Of a DNA stretch of 64,000 nucleotides, positions 54,254 to 62,460 are shown in pieces. Each line of letters starts with the position of its first letter. Position 1 is the first letter of the stretch. A program made the position numbers and the translations under genes. The notes under the pieces were generated by a model that was not told where the DNA came from, did not search any database, and saw only the letters and a list, made by a program, of their open reading frames with translations. The stretch covers positions 2,639 to 66,638 of the forward strand of contig JAQVWL010000004.1 of NCBI GenBank assembly GCA_028709705.1, written 5' to 3'. This DNA comes from Clostridia bacterium (GTDB lineage: Bacteria > Bacillota > Clostridia > Christensenellales > UBA1242).

Positions 54254-55342
54254 TTAACTTAACTTTTCTATTAGTTTTTGTTTCAATTCTTCAATGCCTT
54301 GATTTTTTTTGACTGAAACCAAAACTTCATTTTCTTTTAGTTTTATAAACGGAGTTGCACCAAGATTGTCAATTTTGTTATAAACAACAATGATTGGAAT
54401 ATTGTCTGCCTTGATTTGTTTTAAGGTTGTGTTTACAACTTCCATTTGCTTTTGATAATCTTTGTTTGAAATGTCAACAATGTGCAAAATCAAATCAGCA
54501 TCGCTCGCCTCTTCCAGCGTGGAAGCAAACGCATCTACCAAAGAATGTGGAAGTTTGCTAATAAACCCAACTGTGTCTGTCAAAATAATTTGCAAGTCAG
54601 AAGAAAGCCAAACATTTCTGCTTGTTGTTTCAAGCGTTGCAAAAAGTTTGTCATCTGCATAAATTCCCGCTTTTGTTATCAAGTTTAAAAAAGAACTTTT
54701 GCCTGCGTTTGTGTAACCAACTATTGCAATTTTCTTTTTGGAAATATATTGTCTGTTTTTTCTTTTCAAAAATCTTTGGTCTTTTATTTTTGCAATTTCT
54801 TTGCTTAAACGAAAAATTTTGTCGTCTATAACTCGCCTGTCAAGTTCCAACTTTGTTTCGCCAGGGCCACGCATACCAATACCGCCACTGCCAAAACGCC
54901 CGCTTGTGCCTGAAAGCGAAGAAAGTCTTGGCAAACTGTATTTAAGTTGGGCAAGTTCAACTTGCAATTTGCCTTCTATTGTTGTTGCACGCATTGCAAA
55001 AATGTCTAATATCAAACCAATTCGGTCCAAAACTTTTACGCCCAAAACTTCTGTCAAATTTTTCATTTGCGAACCTGAGATTTCATAGTCAACAATAACA
55101 ACTTCAACTTCCAAACTTTCAATTTCAGTTTTTATTTCCTCCAACTTACCTTTGCCAAACAAAGTTGCCGGTGTTATTTCCCTTATATACTGATGCGTTC
55201 TTCCAACAACTAAAAGACCTGCGGTTTCGGCAAGTCTTTCAAGTTCATCAAGTTGAGAATTGATATTTTCTCGATTATCAAAAATAGCACCCAACAAAAA
55301 TGCTCTTTCTTTTTCTTTGATTGTGTTTTCCAATTTTTTCAT
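54254..55342 (-). CDS. hflX: Ribosome-splitting GTPase HflX
   Basis: LILDIFA.RA, QVELAQL, RGPGETKLE.DRR, GYTNAGKS, DTVGFI, NKID. Confidence 0.96.
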   Translation of the reverse strand: MKKLENTIKEKERAFLLGAIFDNRENINSQLDELERLAETAGLLVVGRTHQYIREITPATLFGKGKLEEIKTEIESLEVEVVIVDYEISGSQMKNLTEVLGVKVLDRIGLILDIFAMRATTIEGKLQVELAQLKYSLPRLSSLSGTSGRFGSGGIGMRGPGETKLELDRRVIDDKIFRLSKEIAKIKDQRFLKRKNRQYISKKKIAIVGYTNAGKSSFLNLITKAGIYADDKLFATLETTSRNVWLSSDLQIILTDTVGFISKLPHSLVDAFASTLEEASDADLILHIVDISNKDYQKQMEVVNTTLKQIKADNIPIIVVYNKIDNLGATPFIKLKENEVLVSVKKNQGIEELKQKLIEKLS

Positions 55343-55379
55343 AATATTTTCTTTTTTGGAATTTTAAACTATATAAATG

Positions 55380-55778
55380 TTAAATTTCGCTAAAAAATCT
55401 TTTGATTTCAATTTCTGCATTTTCTTTGCTGTCAGAGCCGTGGATAACATTTTCACTTCCATTGAAAGCATAGTCGCCACGAATTGTGCCTGCTGGCGCT
55501 TCTTTTGTTGGTCCCATAAGTTTTCTCATTCCCGCAATTGCATTTTCGCCTTCAACAATCATACCCAAAACTGTTCCGCTTGTCATAAATTTTAAAATAT
55601 CAGGGAAAAACGGTTCGTTGACAATGTGTGCATAATGTTCTCTTAACGCTGGTTCGTCCATATTAAACATTCGCATTGCAATGATTGAATAACCCTTTTT
55701 TTCTATTCTTGTGATAACTTCGCCTGTCAATTTTCTTTTTATAACATCAGGTTTTAACATTATATATGTTCTTTCCAT
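55380..55778 (-). CDS. ndk: Nucleoside-diphosphate kinase
   Basis: MERTYIMLKPD, GTIRGD, NVIHGSDS; start 55778 behind GGAG. Confidence 0.96.
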   Translation of the reverse strand: MERTYIMLKPDVIKRKLTGEVITRIEKKGYSIIAMRMFNMDEPALREHYAHIVNEPFFPDILKFMTSGTVLGMIVEGENAIAGMRKLMGPTKEAPAGTIRGDYAFNGSENVIHGSDSKENAEIEIKRFFSEI

Positions 55779-55834
55779 AAAAACATCTCCTATTTTTTTA
55801 CTAATAAAAAAAATAGCATAACAAAACAAAAATG

Positions 55835-56506
55835 TCAATTAGATTTTGTTAATATTTCGCCTGTTTCGGTGTCAATAATAAGCGCAACAGTTGTTCCGTT
55901 TTCGCCAATTATGCCAAAATACCAAAAATAAGGAGAGGTTGTAGATTTTTGGTCAAAAATAATCTTTAAATAACACTCTGCCAAAAATTTTTTGCTTGAA
56001 AAAAACTGCAAAAGGTCATCTTCAACACCTTGCATTGCAATGGTCAAAGCGTTGTCATATTGCACCGCCCAATTTGAACTTATACAAGCCATTTGCAATT
56101 CGCTATCAAAATTTTCAAGTTTTAAACAAATGCTTGCAGTATTGTCAACAATTTTTTCTATGTCTACCATATAAGTATGGTCAAAAGGATTTTCTTCCAA
56201 ATTGCCTTCAAAAACAGCACTTCCCACACGCAAGGTGTAAGGTATTGCTTCGGTTTCTGGGCGAACTTTGTATGTTATTGTAATAATTCCAAACTCGCAC
56301 TTGGAATTTGAAACGCCATCATAAGCATAAGGGCTTTCACGCATTCCACACATCAATGTTGCAGTCAAATTTTCTGTTTTTGCTTCAAAAAGGTTGTACC
56401 GAACATCTGAAATGTTATCCAAAACTTCGCCTTGGATATCAAACTTGCACGAACAAAAAATTATTGCAACGGCAAAAATAATTGCCAGAATTTTAAACTT
56501 TTTCAT
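55835..56506 (-). CDS. Hypothetical lipoprotein
   Basis: MKKFK plus hydrophobic core plus FCSC lipobox-like motif; GMRESPY.YDG motif. Confidence 0.65.
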   Translation of the reverse strand: MKKFKILAIIFAVAIIFCSCKFDIQGEVLDNISDVRYNLFEAKTENLTATLMCGMRESPYAYDGVSNSKCEFGIITITYKVRPETEAIPYTLRVGSAVFEGNLEENPFDHTYMVDIEKIVDNTASICLKLENFDSELQMACISSNWAVQYDNALTIAMQGVEDDLLQFFSSKKFLAECYLKIIFDQKSTTSPYFWYFGIIGENGTTVALIIDTETGEILTKSN

Positions 56507-56511
56507 ACTAA

Positions 56512-56540
56512 AACATATGAGTTTGATTTTTAAATTATGA
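56512..56540 (-). promoter_or_regulatory. SigmaE-like promoter (leaderless geometry)
   Basis: tcATA-16 nt-CATATGTT, then 5 nt to the ATG; no SD. Confidence 0.6.
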
Positions 56541-56541
56541 T

Positions 56542-56570
56542 AAAACCCCTTTCACTTGAAAAGGGGCTTT
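56542..56570 (-). terminator. Intrinsic terminator after the 888-aa gene
   Basis: aaaacccctttc-actt-gaaaaggggcttt. Confidence 0.75.
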
Positions 56571-56579
56571 AAAAATGTT

Positions 56580-59246
56580 TTATTCCAAATTTTTGCTTGA
56601 TGCTTTTGTTTTTGCGTTTTTTACATTAATACTTACACCAAGCGGGCATCTTGTGCATCTTATTTGCCTAACCACTTTGATAGGTTTTGGTTTGTTAAGT
56701 ATAACAGGTTGCTGTTTTTTGAAAACTTTTTGAGTTTCTAGTTGTTTTTTTGTTTCAAATTTTGCTTTTGTTTGAGTTTGGTCTTTTTTGATATTTGTGT
56801 TTTGAGTGCTAACAAAACTTATTTCATTTTCTTCCAAACACTCTTTTTTTGTTTTGTTAACTTGATTTTTGATTATGGTGTGTGAATTGTCTTGCTTGAT
56901 TTCTTGTGCTTGTATTTGCTTTAACTGCTCCAAAATTATTTTTTTGACATCGGATTTTAAAAGTGTGTGTCTTTCTTTTGGTTCTTTGTTAATTAATGCA
57001 GATGCGGATTTTACACCACATTCTTCTTTGGTCAAAAATTCTTTGCCATTGAAAATTGAGTTTAGGGTTTCAACTTTAAATTTTTCAAGTGCAACAACAA
57101 TCTCTTGCATTTGCTTTACTGTCAACTTTGAAATTTGATTTTCAATTTTGTTTTCAAGCTTAACCGCATTTTTCTTTGTTTGTTGTTCTTTTTCTTTTAA
57201 AATATTTTCAACAAAAGTGCTAATGATTTTTTGGATTGCTGTTTCGGCTTGTTTGTAAGTAATTTTGTTAGATTTTATTATTGCTTTATGTGGCAAAGGT
57301 TGGTCAATTTTGCCAATGTCAAGTGGTTGAATATAAATAATTTTAGGCTCGCTTTTTTGTGCTGTCGGTTTAACAAAATTTATGTTTTCAACTTTTTTGG
57401 GCAAAAAATCATTAAAAGTTTTTTGGGTTGAAGCAAGTTCTCTTTTATAAGATTTTTTTTCTGTGCTTTCAAAATCGGGTTGGGTTGAAGTGTTTTTTTG
57501 CGGTTGTTTTTGATTTATTGATTCTTTTATTTGCAAATAATCGTCAAAACTTCTTACTTTTTCCGCTTTGTCTATTTCTTCGCTTAAATTAAGGTAATCT
57601 TCAAAACTTCTTCCCTTTTCTGCTTTTTCTATTTGTTTTGTTAAATTCAAATAGTTGTCAAAACTTCTTGGCGTTTCATATTTGTTAATTTCTTCTGTCA
57701 AGTCCAAATAATTGTCGTGAGTTGGTTCAGTTTGATTTGGTTCAACTGGTTGCAAAAGAAAATTGTCAAAATCTTCTTCGCTTTCAAAGTTATTTTTGCT
57801 TTGATTGCTTTCAAGCAAAGGTTTTTCAGTTTCGGTTTGGTTTTCAAACAAATCAGCATCTGTCAAAACATTTTCTTCAATTTGCTCTTGGATTGGAGTT
57901 TCAAAAAGGTCGTCATCTGTGAGAGTTTGCTCTTCAAAATTTTCTGTTTTTTGAGTTTCAAAAAGGTCGTCGAGTTCGCTTTTATTTGCTTTTTCTGCAA
58001 AATTTTGGGGTTGCAAATTTGTTGGAGTCAATGTGCTTTCAAACAATTCATTTTCATTTTCAAACTCTGGTTTGTTGTTTGGCACAAAATTTAGGGTTTG
58101 GTCTTGTTCTTGGGTTGCAAATTGATTCAAAAATTTGCTTTCGCCTATATAAAAAATGTCATTCCCAACTTTTGCAAAGTCTTGTTTTTGGGTTTCGCCA
58201 AACAAAACATCATAAAAATTTTGGGGTTCTTCTTTATAAAACGTGCCCATATTTTCTCTGGTTTTTGCAATATTTGCAATTGGTAGTTTCAATTTTTTTA
58301 ACAAGACACCTGTTGCAACTTCTGCCATTCTTGAAGCCAATTCCAACTCGTTGGGCGATAAGTTTGACAAAGCAATTTGGTTTGAAAGTTGCAATTTAAG
58401 TGCGTTGTCAACTTTTTTGTTGGTTTGTGTTCCCAAATCAAGTGCTTGGCAAACAAAAATATCAGTCAAAATTTGAGAAATCAAGGCAATTTGCTTGATA
58501 TTTGAAGGCTTGAATTGTTTTATAAATTTTTTGTGTTTTTTGGCAACTTGAAAAATAGATTTTTCTGACAAATAATTTACAAGAGCAACGACTTTGTCTG
58601 TGTTTTGAATGTCTTGCCCTGCAATTTTTGTTGCCATTTTTATTTTTGGTTTGGCAAAATCAGAATTAGAAAAATAACTTTGTTCTTGTTCCGGAACATT
58701 TAGGCGAAAAACTTTGTTTTTAAATTTTTTCAAGTTTTTTGTTAGCGAAGTTACTGTATTTCCACAATAATTGAGTTTTCCGCCCTTGCTTTCTATCAAT
58801 TTTTTTGATTTTTTTGCATCAACAATTTTTATGTTCAAGTTTTCTTCAAAAAGGTTTAAAATTGCATCAAAATTTTTGCAATCGTTATTATCAAAATAGT
58901 TTTGGTTTATGTTTTTGTAACTTCCAACTAGCGGGAATTTTAACTTTCCATTTTGCAAAAATCTGCTTTTTAGAGCAAAATTGTTAAATTTGTTTTGCAT
59001 ATAAGGTGGAACATTTTCAAGCATTTGAAAAGGAGTTGAAGAGGATAAATTCCCCCAACTGCTTCTAACTTCGTTGATAAAATCTGGGTCAGCAAGAGTT
59101 TGAAATCTGGTTACAATTTCATTTGGATAAAAAACTTCGGCATTTCCATAACCAAGCATAGAGATAGCATCTTTGCCATTATAAAAATAATCGTTTAAGT
59201 CATCATATGTTTGTTGAGAAAAAACATTTTTTAAATTTACTGCCAT
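56580..59246 (-). CDS. 888-aa hypothetical protein with acidic internal repeats and a C-terminal CxxC
   Basis: GAGGT SD; TTGTAA-17-TATAAT promoter; no signal peptide; repeats described in findings. Confidence 0.75.
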   Translation of the reverse strand: MAVNLKNVFSQQTYDDLNDYFYNGKDAISMLGYGNAEVFYPNEIVTRFQTLADPDFINEVRSSWGNLSSSTPFQMLENVPPYMQNKFNNFALKSRFLQNGKLKFPLVGSYKNINQNYFDNNDCKNFDAILNLFEENLNIKIVDAKKSKKLIESKGGKLNYCGNTVTSLTKNLKKFKNKVFRLNVPEQEQSYFSNSDFAKPKIKMATKIAGQDIQNTDKVVALVNYLSEKSIFQVAKKHKKFIKQFKPSNIKQIALISQILTDIFVCQALDLGTQTNKKVDNALKLQLSNQIALSNLSPNELELASRMAEVATGVLLKKLKLPIANIAKTRENMGTFYKEEPQNFYDVLFGETQKQDFAKVGNDIFYIGESKFLNQFATQEQDQTLNFVPNNKPEFENENELFESTLTPTNLQPQNFAEKANKSELDDLFETQKTENFEEQTLTDDDLFETPIQEQIEENVLTDADLFENQTETEKPLLESNQSKNNFESEEDFDNFLLQPVEPNQTEPTHDNYLDLTEEINKYETPRSFDNYLNLTKQIEKAEKGRSFEDYLNLSEEIDKAEKVRSFDDYLQIKESINQKQPQKNTSTQPDFESTEKKSYKRELASTQKTFNDFLPKKVENINFVKPTAQKSEPKIIYIQPLDIGKIDQPLPHKAIIKSNKITYKQAETAIQKIISTFVENILKEKEQQTKKNAVKLENKIENQISKLTVKQMQEIVVALEKFKVETLNSIFNGKEFLTKEECGVKSASALINKEPKERHTLLKSDVKKIILEQLKQIQAQEIKQDNSHTIIKNQVNKTKKECLEENEISFVSTQNTNIKKDQTQTKAKFETKKQLETQKVFKKQQPVILNKPKPIKVVRQIRCTRCPLGVSINVKNAKTKASSKNLE
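57510..57725 (-). repeat. Coding 57-bp (19-aa) tandem repeat, 4 degenerate copies
   Basis: THDNYLDLTEEINKYETPR / SFDNYLNLTKQIEKAEKGR / SFEDYLNLSEEIDKAEKVR / SFDDYLQIKESIN; aaaacttct recurs at 57546, 57603 and 57660. Confidence 0.85.
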
Positions 59247-59574
59247 GATTTACCTCTTGGGCATATTATATCACATTGTGTTTTATTTTACAATACGCAA
59301 TGTGATTTTATTTTTATGTTACTTTTAAATTCCTAAAATGAAACAAGAAAAACATAACAAAACGCAAAAAATTGGGCGAGAAAAGACAAAAAACAAAGAA
59401 AAAGCAGTTTTCAATAGTCAAAATACTTTCTTTATTTACCAAGCACATCAAATGCTTTTTTGTGTTCTTTCAAAATTCTTTTTGCAACTATTTCAATTTT
59501 TTCGTCATCGGTTAAATTTACATAAGGTTGTTTTTTACCAAAATTTTTTCTTTTTTTCATTTTTATTTTCCTAT

Positions 59575-59699
59575 AAAACTTGTTTTAAAGTTGAGTTGCA
59601 AGGCTCGGCGGTACCGCTTTTCGCAGAAGTTTAGTTTGACCTAAATGACTGCAAAAGCGGTCCGACAGAAACGAAGCAAATCGCTTTAAAACAAGTTTT
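59575..59699. ncRNA. 125-nt rod-like hairpin with perfect 16-bp terminal inverted repeats (structured RNA or MITE-like repeat)
   Basis: aaaacttgttttaaag...ctttaaaacaagtttt; inner stems tcgg/ccga, accgctttt/aaaagcggt, gcag/ctgc, tttag/ctaaa; locally GC-rich. Confidence 0.55.
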
Positions 59700-59700
59700 T

Positions 59701-62370
59701 TTAGTCGCCAAAGAGTTTGTGAACATAGTCATAAGACACAATTTGCACCATAGTTCTGCTCATAGGGCCCGACACCAAAAAGGTTTGACCTACACCGGCG
59801 GTAACAATTGAGTTTTGTTCTTCTTCGTTTATTTCACCAGATTTTCGGTAAAGTTCAATAAGGTCGTTGATATCATTTGGCGCAAGCGAGAAAATCATAG
59901 AGTATTGGCTGGCATTGATAACGGCGGTTGACTGTCTTTGAATTTCAGGCGAGCCAACGAAGTCTTTAATATTTTGCGTGATAACAATTTGCATTCCCAT
60001 ATATTTACGAATTCTTTTTGCCATTTGTTGCATAAAGTCTAACGCTATTGGGAAGTTTGGGTTGATGAAAACGTGGGCTTCATCAACTGCAACAATGATT
60101 TTTCTTTTTGTGTCATATTTAAGGTTAAAGTCACGATTTTTTATAATTTCATTGTCTAAATAATTGAAAACTAAAAGCATTTGGGCATTTGCAATAACTT
60201 CATTTCTGTTTGCAAGAAGTGAACGAAAATTGAAGCACACAAAGTTTTCTTTTGTTGTGATTGATGATGGTGCGTTCCAAAGGTTTGAGTTTCGCCCGCC
60301 CGATGCAAATTTTTTGATATATGTTTGAACAATAATCAAGTTCCTTCTGTGATACTCGTCTTTTTCTTTGTCAATTTTTTTGTTGATTATTTCATAAAGG
60401 TCATCAAAAATTGGGTAATCTTCGGGTTTTAATTTATAAAGCAAAGTTTTTGAGTCTATGTGCTTTTCTTTGTAAAGGTCAACAATCAAACTGTTAAGTG
60501 TTTCAAAAGCGTCACTGCTAATCCCTTGCAAAATAACTTTAAAAAATTGCTCCAAAAACTGTAAGTGTGTTGCAAAACTATCGCTTTCTTGCTTTTCAGA
60601 CAATTCACTTTCTACATCTTCAACTTCGTCAAGTTCTTTGATATCGTCTCTTAATTTGGTGGTTATGTGGAACGGGTTGAATGTTCCCATTTCGGAAGAC
60701 CCAACATCAATAAACTTGCCTTTGATATTTTCACACAAATATGTGTATTCGTTTTCTGGGTCCAAAATAAAAATTTTTGAATTGTCGGCGGCAAAGTTTG
60801 TCAAAAGGGTTTTTGTTGCATAAGATTTTCCTGAACCTGATTTCCCAATAATCATCATATTACTGTTAACTCTTTCTCTATTCCTTGCAAAAAAGTCAAC
60901 AAACACTGGGTATTCATTATAACCCAAATAAATTCCGTTCGGGTCTTGCAATGCACCTGAAATAAAAGGAAAAACGGCGGCAAGAGTTGAGGTTGGAATT
61001 CCACGAGTGGTGTCTTTTACATTATCTCGCATTGAAATGTTGCCACTTATAAACGCATCAACTTGCCTTCCAAACATTTCACTAAACTTAAAACCTTCTT
61101 GTTTTAAAATCGCTCTTACTTCTTTTCTTGCTGGTTCTTCGCAAGTTATAAAAGTGTTGACATTGTAAAGTTGTTGGTTGTTGTTTTTCAAGTTTACTAG
61201 CAAACTTTTCAAGGTGTCTAGGTGAGTTTGATTTTCAATCTGCCTTGAACTTTTGCTTGCCTTGTAAACCTTGCTTTCCATTTCCATAATTGCTTTGTCA
61301 AGATTTTTTTCGGCTTCGTATTTTGGAATAGGTTTTATTTTTGTAACTATTTTTGTTCGGTCAAGCAAATAAAATGGTGCACCCCAAGCGTTGCTAACTT
61401 GCAAAGGATAATCGCTTATCACAAAATTGCGGTAAGGTTTGTTGTCTATAATAACTCTGCTTGCTTGAAACTTGATTTTTTGTGGAATAACCCAATCCAT
61501 ATGCTTTGACATAGGTATATACTCCAAATCTCGTTCATCAAACTCTTTTCCAAAATTGGCTTTCAAAAAAACACACAAGTTTGGACCATACAATTTTTCT
61601 GTGTGCATTGGAGTTGCGGAATTTGCAAGAGTTGTCATAATTCCATTTGTTGTGCTTTCAAGCATTTCTCGGTCTTTGTCGTATACCACAAGATAAAAAT
61701 AATCTTTGTAAATTTTGTCTTGTCGGTTAAGTTCTTCAAGTTTGGAAACTCTTTCTTCAAAAACGCCGGAACGCCTTTCAACTTCTTCTTGTGTTATTTC
61801 ATTTTCGTATTGCAATTCCAAAAGATTGTCATATTTTTTGTCTTCATTGTAAATATAATCATCTAAAATCATTGCCTTGTTGATTTTTACAATATTAGCG
61901 GTTTGGTCATTGGAAAGTCTTCTTAAAGCATTGGCAAAAGTTTCTACAAGCATATTTTGTTTGTATTCATTAAGCAAGCCAAACTCAATGGGTGAAATTT
62001 CAATAACTTGTGCATAATATTCGCCAAAACTGATAAAGCGGTCTTGGTGGATATTTTCAAAAGGTATAATATCTTTCATTGGCGAAAAGCCTTTGACTGT
62101 TTCTTTGCTATATTTTTTTCTTTGTGCCAAAAATCTGATTATGTAACCCAAAGTGTAATATAACCGCATATCATCGGCAACGTGGAAAAACATTGCAACA
62201 ATAATAGTAATCCAAGCAAAGCCTATCCACACACCCAAATTGTTGGGAAAATTGCTGGTAAACAACAAAATGGCAACGCCCGAACCTATAAGAGCCAAAA
62301 TAATATCGCTTAGGGTAATCCCCCTAATAAACTCCATTTTGACTTTTGTTTTTCTTGGTATAATTCTCAT
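59701..62370 (-). CDS. VirB4/TrsE-like ATPase with fused N-terminal PrgI/VirB3-like membrane domain
   Basis: N-terminal IIPR.TKVK.EF..GITL.D plus 2 TMs; Walker A GKSGSGKS, ILDPENEY, Walker B IIVAVDEAH, KRIRKY....ITQNIKDF. Confidence 0.85.
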   Translation of the reverse strand: MRIIPRKTKVKMEFIRGITLSDIILALIGSGVAILLFTSNFPNNLGVWIGFAWITIIVAMFFHVADDMRLYYTLGYIIRFLAQRKKYSKETVKGFSPMKDIIPFENIHQDRFISFGEYYAQVIEISPIEFGLLNEYKQNMLVETFANALRRLSNDQTANIVKINKAMILDDYIYNEDKKYDNLLELQYENEITQEEVERRSGVFEERVSKLEELNRQDKIYKDYFYLVVYDKDREMLESTTNGIMTTLANSATPMHTEKLYGPNLCVFLKANFGKEFDERDLEYIPMSKHMDWVIPQKIKFQASRVIIDNKPYRNFVISDYPLQVSNAWGAPFYLLDRTKIVTKIKPIPKYEAEKNLDKAIMEMESKVYKASKSSRQIENQTHLDTLKSLLVNLKNNNQQLYNVNTFITCEEPARKEVRAILKQEGFKFSEMFGRQVDAFISGNISMRDNVKDTTRGIPTSTLAAVFPFISGALQDPNGIYLGYNEYPVFVDFFARNRERVNSNMMIIGKSGSGKSYATKTLLTNFAADNSKIFILDPENEYTYLCENIKGKFIDVGSSEMGTFNPFHITTKLRDDIKELDEVEDVESELSEKQESDSFATHLQFLEQFFKVILQGISSDAFETLNSLIVDLYKEKHIDSKTLLYKLKPEDYPIFDDLYEIINKKIDKEKDEYHRRNLIIVQTYIKKFASGGRNSNLWNAPSSITTKENFVCFNFRSLLANRNEVIANAQMLLVFNYLDNEIIKNRDFNLKYDTKRKIIVAVDEAHVFINPNFPIALDFMQQMAKRIRKYMGMQIVITQNIKDFVGSPEIQRQSTAVINASQYSMIFSLAPNDINDLIELYRKSGEINEEEQNSIVTAGVGQTFLVSGPMSRTMVQIVSYDYVHKLFGD

Positions 62371-62460
62371 AATACAATTATTATACCCTAGTAATAAAAA
62401 AAAACAAAGTAAAAAGGTTGTTTTTCTAATAATTTTTTAAAAATAAATAAAAATATAAAT

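Noticed and set aside
57510-57980. Possible CRISPR array from the periodic 57-60 bp signal
   Set aside because: The repeats are degenerate, in-frame and protein-coding, with no constant repeat/unique spacer pattern and no cas genes.
59338-59634. 98-aa plus-strand ORF
   Set aside because: Low-complexity K/F-rich translation of A/T tracts, no SD, and it runs into the hairpin element; likely spurious.
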